From: Candidatus Odinarchaeota archaeon
GTDB lineage: Archaea; Asgardarchaeota; Odinarchaeia; Odinarchaeales; Odinarchaeaceae
Assembly: GCA_038826135.1 (NCBI GenBank)
Contig: JAWBON010000001.1
Location: forward strand, 1 to 32,000
DNA: 32,000 nucleotides
Direction: 5' to 3'
The notes beneath the pieces were generated by a model that saw nothing but the letters and a program-made list of their open reading frames with translations, had not been told where the DNA came from and searched no databases. The position numbers and the translations under genes were made by a program. Every line of letters begins with the position of its first letter. The first letter of the stretch is position 1. Below are positions 26,369 through 32,000 of the stretch, one piece after another.

Positions 26369-27115
26369 TCACTGTTCAGCTGCTTTTTTACCCCAGGAAT
26401 AGTTGAAGTATCCTGCTGCCACCTGAGCTAACCCAGCGTGATCCGACCATATTCCTAGAAGAGGCTCATATAATATTATTAGCACTTCCCTCTGATCCAC
26501 TATTACACCTCCCCCGAATAATTGGTCCACTGTTATAACGTCGGAGACTGTTTTTATTTTATCAACTATTTTATCAGCTTCAGATTTAGGTATCACGATA
26601 ACAGTTTTAATACCTTTCAGTTTAGCTGTTTGAACAACGGGGAAAATAATCTCCTGGATGCCGGGTAGGATAAACGGTAATGCTATTAAAATATTTTTCT
26701 CCGCTTTACTTATCATATCTCGTAGTTTAAATAACAGCCTCTCTTCCCCTCTTAAAATCCATATATCCGGTTTTTCAGTCTGGCTTTTCTTCAAATATAT
26801 AGGCTCTAACTCCTCTATCAACTCTTTCTCTAACGAGTCAAGTTCAATTATCTTCCTGTTTTTAAGACTTTTAATCACGTCTGAAGGCGGCTTAGCTGTA
26901 AATTTAACCGGCCTACCAGCCTCCGCTTCAACCCATCTATTCTCCTCTAACTGGTGTAATAAATCGTAAACCTTGCTTTCAGGTACACCGCTTAGAAGAC
27001 TAACCTGTTTAGCTGTTAAACCACCCTGCTGGATAAGGACAAGATATATCTTAGCCTGGTTTGATGTGAGTCCGAATCTCTTTAAATCCTTAAAAATCTT
27101 AGCCTCTAACGGCAT
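26369..27115 (-). CDS. TrmB-family transcriptional regulator
   Basis: FGLTSNQAKIYLVL, SGVPESKVYDLL..L...WV, GRPVKF and IVDQREVL. The ATG at 27115 follows GGAGG. Confidence 0.92.
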   Translation of the reverse strand: MPLEAKIFKDLKRFGLTSNQAKIYLVLIQQGGLTAKQVSLLSGVPESKVYDLLHQLEENRWVEAEAGRPVKFTAKPPSDVIKSLKNRKIIELDSLEKELIEELEPIYLKKSQTEKPDIWILRGEERLLFKLRDMISKAEKNILIALPFILPGIQEIIFPVVQTAKLKGIKTVIVIPKSEADKIVDKIKTVSDVITVDQLFGGGVIVDQREVLIILYEPLLGIWSDHAGLAQVAAGYFNYSWGKKAAEQ

Positions 27116-27233
27116 TAGAGGTCCTCCTTCGACTAACAATATTAAATAGGATTAATTATTTAAATGATTTCAATCATTATACTTGTAAAGTGTTGCCAGC
27201 TACCTGCTGATAAGCTTAAAGTTGTGGGTTCTA

Positions 27234-27848
27234 ATGTCTAGTGAAGAGAATAATAGTGGACGTAAGTCCACGGTTAATAAGTTAAGAGAATATCTTGCTA
27301 TATCCGGTGTCGGTGAAATAGCTAGACGCTACTTTGTTATGAACGCGTTTGACGGTGTTCTGACAACTCTGGGAGTAATAATAGGGGCGTCCTCGACTAG
27401 TTCAATAAACACTTTTTTCATTATCAGCGCGGTTCTAGGCGGAGCTATTGCTATGGCTGTATCCGGTGTATCAGGAGCTTATATGGCTGAGAAAGCGGAG
27501 AGGGAGCGTGAATTCGGTGAGCTTAAAAAAGCATTGATAAGTGATTTGAAAGGCTCTATTCATGAAAAAGCTTTAAAGTTCGCCTCCCTCTATGTGGCGG
27601 TGGTGGATGGAGCGGCGCCTTTCATATCCTCTATTATAGTCTTATCCCCCTTCTTCGTTGCCCATATAGGTTTAATACCGCCTTTAATAGCGTTAATCAT
27701 GTCAATTATAGTAACCACTATCTTCCTTTTCACATTAGGCTCCTACTTGGCTAAAATATCTAAAACTAATATTCTAATTTCAGGATTAAAAATGGTTTTA
27801 GCAGGTGTTATAACAGCGGTAATAATATTTCTGGTAAGTTTACTGTAA
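27234..27848 (+). CDS. VIT1/CCC1-family membrane protein (putative Fe/Mn exporter)
   Basis: RRYFVMNAFDGVLTTLG, AMAVSGVSGAYMAEKAE and a five-TM pattern. Confidence 0.88.
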   Translation: MSSEENNSGRKSTVNKLREYLAISGVGEIARRYFVMNAFDGVLTTLGVIIGASSTSSINTFFIISAVLGGAIAMAVSGVSGAYMAEKAEREREFGELKKALISDLKGSIHEKALKFASLYVAVVDGAAPFISSIIVLSPFFVAHIGLIPPLIALIMSIIVTTIFLFTLGSYLAKISKTNILISGLKMVLAGVITAVIIFLVSLL

Positions 27849-27988
27849 TTTTTAATTTCCGACTCGTTAATTTAAAATTGAATGAAACAGACGAGCCTGA
27901 TTACTATTCTTCGCAAGTGTTAATATATTAAATAATTGGTTATATCACCTACCTTAAATTTATTATTGTATTTTTTTAATATTATATT

Positions 27989-29197
27989 ATGGAATTAAAA
28001 TCGCTGGATGAAAAAACTCTTTTAGAAAGGGCTAAAAAACATATTTTTTCAACAGGTATAGGTGATGCTGCTTCAAGGCTGTGTCGTGAAAATACAGCTT
28101 ACGGGCTTGCTAAAATTCAGCTCGTCCAGGAGGAGTATGGTTTCGAGCCTTCAGCTACATTTATATCAACTCCTGATGAGACCGTCACTAGAAATGTTGA
28201 GAGATGGCAGAATGGTATAGGCTATGGTGGTAAAATTAGTTGGGGTGAAGGCTCTGATAAAATAATTTTCTTAGATGTTAAACCTAATTGTTGTGGAACA
28301 CTTGTAGGAGGGTTAGATGAGTTACCTGAGCCGGCGTATATTATCAAACATCTTTACAAGCTTGAATCGAAGGATTTTATTATTGACGGGATACCTGTTA
28401 AATGGGATTTTAATGTCGGGAACCATTTTATCGATGTTTTTAAAACATCTCCAGGGGCTAGTGTAGATTTACCTGAATATGTTTTTATAATTCATTCATC
28501 AGCCCCTGAGCTTAAAAGTGAAACACCTTTAGGTATGGGGCTGTATTATAGTAAAAGCCCTAGTTTAAGCCGGATTATGAAGACTGTTAAAACAAAATTC
28601 GGGGACGCTAAAATAGTTTTAGACGGTGATGCTGAAGCATATTATGATTTCTACAAGCTCTCTGAGCGTTTCTCCGAGCAGAAGAGGCTGCTGGCTGCTA
28701 AAGAGATATTCGGTGATTTTAAGCTGATCTCTAGTAAGACTCATCAGGGTTTATTAAACTTTAATGAGGCGGTTTTAGGTTGTCATTATTCGGATGATAC
28801 TGGTGGCGTACTGTACCCTGTTACTTTAAGACCTGATTTACCGGCTTATCTTATTGAAGCTAAAAAAAGTTTTTCGAAAAACATGTTAGAAGCCTTAGGA
28901 TTCTTTAATCGAGCTGAAGAGTTGGGTGTTTTAAACAGGCTTCTATCATTCAATTGTGTACCTCACGGGGGTGGATATAGTTTTCCAGACATGGTTACGG
29001 TGAAAGATATTATTAATATTCGTGGTGAAAGATACTTTGTTATGGAGCTTCAAAACGAGTTAGGGTTAAAGATTTTTAACAACCCTGGTGAGTTACAGTT
29101 CATCTACAGGGGGCGTCAGGTGGTTATCAGCTCTGTTGAATTGGAATTAATCGAGTTAAAAGCTAAGCTTATACCGGAATACGTGTTGAAATTATAA
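27989..29197 (+). CDS. Divergent RtcB-like protein
   Basis: RtcB-like motifs in the expected order: PD, D...NCCG, GNHF, IHSS, THQ and PHGGG. Confidence 0.65.
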   Translation: MELKSLDEKTLLERAKKHIFSTGIGDAASRLCRENTAYGLAKIQLVQEEYGFEPSATFISTPDETVTRNVERWQNGIGYGGKISWGEGSDKIIFLDVKPNCCGTLVGGLDELPEPAYIIKHLYKLESKDFIIDGIPVKWDFNVGNHFIDVFKTSPGASVDLPEYVFIIHSSAPELKSETPLGMGLYYSKSPSLSRIMKTVKTKFGDAKIVLDGDAEAYYDFYKLSERFSEQKRLLAAKEIFGDFKLISSKTHQGLLNFNEAVLGCHYSDDTGGVLYPVTLRPDLPAYLIEAKKSFSKNMLEALGFFNRAEELGVLNRLLSFNCVPHGGGYSFPDMVTVKDIINIRGERYFVMELQNELGLKIFNNPGELQFIYRGRQVVISSVELELIELKAKLIPEYVLKL

Positions 29198-29262
29198 TGC
29201 TTCAAATCCTCTATGAATATGTTTATTATTTATAAAGAATTTAAAAATAGAGTGGTGGTTCT

Positions 29263-29673
29263 ATGATGAGTAGCGGTTCTAGTATTGTAAGCGATATAAG
29301 AGATATACCGGGAAGCTCTTTTAAAATCCAAATAGAGAAAAAACCCAGCTCAGCTTTAATCAGAATATTACGCGGTTTGAAGGTGACAAAGGAGATTGAG
29401 ATTGAACGAGGGGAGTTAACCAAGAATCGGGTTGTCACAATCATTCAATCCGAATTATTTATGCCTATCTCTCCTTTCAAAATTATGAAAATTGTTGAAG
29501 AGCTTTTCAAAAATATTGAAGATAAAGAAAAACAGGCCGCCTCCTTGGAATCTCAAGTAACCCCTATGGAAGGTTCTCCACCCACTCCTGAAAAAGAAGT
29601 GGTTAAAGAAGCTGAGCAATCTACTTCGGAGGCCTCTGCTAGCAGCGATGTGAGTGAAAATAAACCCTGTTGA
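29263..29673 (+). CDS. Hypothetical protein: small globular domain plus acidic low-complexity tail
   Basis: 136-aa ORF with a GTGGTGG leader, co-directional with the RtcB-like gene. Confidence 0.65.
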   Translation: MMSSGSSIVSDIRDIPGSSFKIQIEKKPSSALIRILRGLKVTKEIEIERGELTKNRVVTIIQSELFMPISPFKIMKIVEELFKNIEDKEKQAASLESQVTPMEGSPPTPEKEVVKEAEQSTSEASASSDVSENKPC

Positions 29674-29718
29674 AATATCTTAAGCTTAAAGGCTTTTATA
29701 AAATAAAAATAGAGGGTT

Positions 29719-29733
29719 AGCCGAATACCGGCT
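29719..29733. terminator. Small GC hairpin between convergent genes
   Basis: agccg-aatac-cggct. Confidence 0.3.
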
Positions 29734-29736
29734 GTT

Positions 29737-30936
29737 TCACTTCTTTGATTTTATGAACTCCTCTATTTTATCAAATGCGGTATTCAGCATTTCAGGTGGC
29801 GGTAGGAAAACCGTTCGGAAGTGTCCCTCACCGGTTCTCGGGCAGAATCCTGATCCGAACACAACCACCACGCCTGTTTCTCTGAGCAGCTCCATCACGA
29901 ACTCTTTGCTATTAGGCCATTTTCCTTTAAGATCTATTTTCGGGAAAGCGTAGAAAGCTCCTTTAGGGGTAACGCAGCTGACACCGTCTATTTCATTGCA
30001 TCTTTTAACAGTTAAATCTCTTCTAACTCTGAGTTTCCGATTCATTTCTATAAGATGGTCCTGCGGGCCTCTTAAAGCAGCTATAGCAGCGATCTGGAAC
30101 GGGTGGGGTGCGCACAGTCTCACTCTGCCTTCTTTTTCAATATTTTTTCTGAGCTCAGTTAGCTTGTCTTCGGGATCATAGAAGTACATGTAGCCTAGTC
30201 TCCATCCTGGTGCTAGGTAAATTTTAGAGAATCCGTTGAATCCTATAACCGGCACGTCTTTAGCTATTGAAGCTGTGCTCACTATCTTCTCATCAAATGT
30301 CATTCTATCATATATTTCATCGCTTAACAGCAGCAGGTTATATTCACCTGCGAGGTTGATTATCTGTTTTACAACTTTTTCCGAGTATAATGCGCCTGTC
30401 GGATTGTTAGGGTTGATTAATACTAGCATTCTTGTTTTAGGTGTTATCTTCTTCCTTATGTCATCGATATCTGGTTGCCATCCATTATTTTCATCGCAAT
30501 CGTATGTGACTGGTACAGCGCCGAAAAACTGGGCTATTGAAATATAAGGCGGATATGTCGGACCGGGCATTAAGACTTCGTCACCAGCTTCTGTGGCGGC
30601 GGCTATGACGAATTGTAAAGCCTCGGAGACACCGGTTGTGATAAGCACATCTTCAACCGCTAACCCGCTAATATTATTATATTTTTTCTCTTTCTCAACT
30701 ATTGCTTTTCTAAGCTCGTCAACACCGTTGGAGGCTGAGTAGCCGTTGTAACCTTCGTCGATAGCTTTCTTAGCAGCCTCCCTGAATACTTCAGGTGTCT
30801 TGAAATCATATGCTATAGGGTCTCCGATGTTTAAGTATATCATCTTCTTACCTTTCTTTTCAAGCTCCATAGCGACTGCAGCGACGTCTCTAATAGCGTA
30901 GGTTAAATTCTTCACTCTATTGCTTATAAAAACCAC
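29737..30936 (-). CDS. Class I/II PLP aminotransferase (alanine/aspartate aminotransferase type)
   Basis: LNIGDP, GYSASNG, NPNNPTG, DEIYD, NGFSK (PLP Lys), PGWRLG and PKGAFY. Confidence 0.95.
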   Translation of the reverse strand: MVFISNRVKNLTYAIRDVAAVAMELEKKGKKMIYLNIGDPIAYDFKTPEVFREAAKKAIDEGYNGYSASNGVDELRKAIVEKEKKYNNISGLAVEDVLITTGVSEALQFVIAAATEAGDEVLMPGPTYPPYISIAQFFGAVPVTYDCDENNGWQPDIDDIRKKITPKTRMLVLINPNNPTGALYSEKVVKQIINLAGEYNLLLLSDEIYDRMTFDEKIVSTASIAKDVPVIGFNGFSKIYLAPGWRLGYMYFYDPEDKLTELRKNIEKEGRVRLCAPHPFQIAAIAALRGPQDHLIEMNRKLRVRRDLTVKRCNEIDGVSCVTPKGAFYAFPKIDLKGKWPNSKEFVMELLRETGVVVVFGSGFCPRTGEGHFRTVFLPPPEMLNTAFDKIEEFIKSKK

Positions 30937-31073
30937 TTTTATACACCTCTTAGCTTCCCTTGAATTTTTTTACTGTGATAAAATTATAGTTTGCTTTTCA
31001 GTTTAGATTTTCAAAGATATTAGTATATAAGGCTTTAGTGTTTTCGCTGATAATTAAAAAATCAAGGTATTTT

Positions 31074-31451
31074 TCAGTGCGGGTGACCGGTTTTTTTAGC
31101 TATTAATTGAACGAAGATAAGTGTGAGGCTGATTAAAAATAATGTGCCTAATTGATACCCATTTAAAAGAGCGTAGCATTTTAACGCTATATCCCATATT
31201 AGCACAGCGGTTGTTAGATTATAGGCGTGGTCTTTTTTTCCTAAAAGATGTGAGCTGTTGATGAATTGAGCTGCTCCTAATGCGAAGAATACTATTCCCA
31301 CAATTATAGTGGATTCACCGGTTATCATAGAAATAGAAGGGAACATGATTATTATAGCACCGGATACTATGCTTAAAGCACCGAGAAAAAGCATGAATAA
31401 ACCCATTCCACTATAATATTTCGGATGTACATCCATAATCTTATATTCCAC
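31074..31451 (-). CDS. Hypothetical 4-TM membrane protein
   Basis: 125-aa ORF with four hydrophobic segments. Confidence 0.65.
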   Translation of the reverse strand: MEYKIMDVHPKYYSGMGLFMLFLGALSIVSGAIIIMFPSISMITGESTIIVGIVFFALGAAQFINSSHLLGKKDHAYNLTTAVLIWDIALKCYALLNGYQLGTLFLISLTLIFVQLIAKKTGHPH

Positions 31452-31547
31452 CTTGTTTTTGAACAGCTATTTGTGTTTTATGAAGGGTTATTTAATTGTT
31501 TCGAATACTGTCAGAGACTTTTAAACAAATTCTATGAGGTTTTAACT

Positions 31548-31781
31548 TTAAGGTCTCTTCCACTGATTATATGCTAGTTGAATATCCCTGCTGGTTACGG
31601 TTTTTCTCTTGGAATGGATTGATAATTCACCTGCTCTTTTAGCTATTTCTAAACCTATTTCCTCAAGTATTTTACCCAGCTCACTAGCAGCTTTCTCAGA
31701 AACTCTTTCAACTTTCGCTTTTCTTATTAACCTATCTAATGGTGCTAACGGTATTATTCTCTCAGCTTTCTCTTTCGGCAT
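31548..31781 (-). CDS. Archaeal histone (HMf-like fold)
   Basis: IPLAPLDRLIRK..ERVS...L...LEE...EIA..A......RKTV...DI.LA, with a GGTGA RBS. Confidence 0.95.
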   Translation of the reverse strand: MPKEKAERIIPLAPLDRLIRKAKVERVSEKAASELGKILEEIGLEIAKRAGELSIHSKRKTVTSRDIQLAYNQWKRP

Positions 31782-31901
31782 TCTATCACCTTAGCTTAAA
31801 TTTCTTTTATATAGTGGTTATAAATTTTCTTACTGTAACAGGGTTTTTAACTTTGTTGCCTAAGTTATACTTGTTAGATTATGTAAAAGTTTAGGTATTA
31901 C

Positions 31902-32000
31902 TTAGAATAAAAGCATTATTGAACCACCTAGTATTAATAATATGCCTTGTATTATGCATAACGCTCCAAGTATTATTGAAACCGCGGGGAAACCTAGTTT
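31902..32000 (-). CDS. C-terminal fragment of a membrane protein entering from the right edge
   Basis: Open frame ...KLGFPAVSIILGALCIIQGILLILGGSIMLLF* ending at the TAA at 31902-31904. Confidence 0.6.
   Translation of the reverse strand, partial: KLGFPAVSIILGALCIIQGILLILGGSIMLLF

Noticed and set aside
27863-27900. ctcgt/acgag inverted repeat and ATGAAA...CTGA resembling C/D boxes
   Set aside because: Only a 5-bp stem, no second box pair, and an AT-rich context.
16467-31794. Short nested ORFs at 16467, 17627, 19233, 19926, 22351, 23851, 25589, 26658, 29241, 29753, 29996, 30236 and 31609
   Set aside because: Antisense or alternate-frame shadows of strongly supported CDSs.
1-32000. CRISPR arrays, IS elements, integrases, tRNA/rRNA genes and in-frame Sec/Pyl recoding
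   Set aside because: By eye I found no spaced direct repeats, transposase motifs, cloverleaf-like GC-rich stretches or interrupted conserved ORFs.

Overview
AT-rich archaeal chromosome segment with no mobile element, CRISPR array, tRNA or rRNA that I could see. TATA/BRE-like promoters, GGAGG/GGTGA ribosome-binding sites, an archaeal histone, EndoQ, TrmI and an A/V-type ATPase establish an archaeon. An Asgard thermophile (Odinarchaeia-like) is my inference only. From left to right the window holds a truncated 4Fe-4S protein missing from the ORF track, a hypothetical protein, argS, an H-protein/LbpA-like lipoyl carrier, EndoQ and an MglA-type GTPase. Next come a stand-alone complex-I-like membrane arm (J-N, J-C/MbhE-like, K, L, M, N), a Zn-ribbon protein, HtpX with an EF-hand insert, a wHTH regulator and a membrane-sector-only ATPase operon (I, small 2-TM protein, C, K). 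The right part holds an NDP-sugar synthase, TrmI, a B3/4 protein, a GIFT/IFT52-like domain fused to a coiled coil, a membrane protein, pyrF, a DMT transporter with TrmB, VIT1, a divergent RtcB-like protein, an aminotransferase and a histone. The best leads are the soluble IFT52-like/coiled-coil protein, the Vo-only ATPase operon with a 2-TM partner, the re-wired RtcB-like active site, the orphan antiporter arm with altered central-axis lysines, and a histone lacking the stacking glycine. All family assignments come from motifs recognised by eye and no searches were run.
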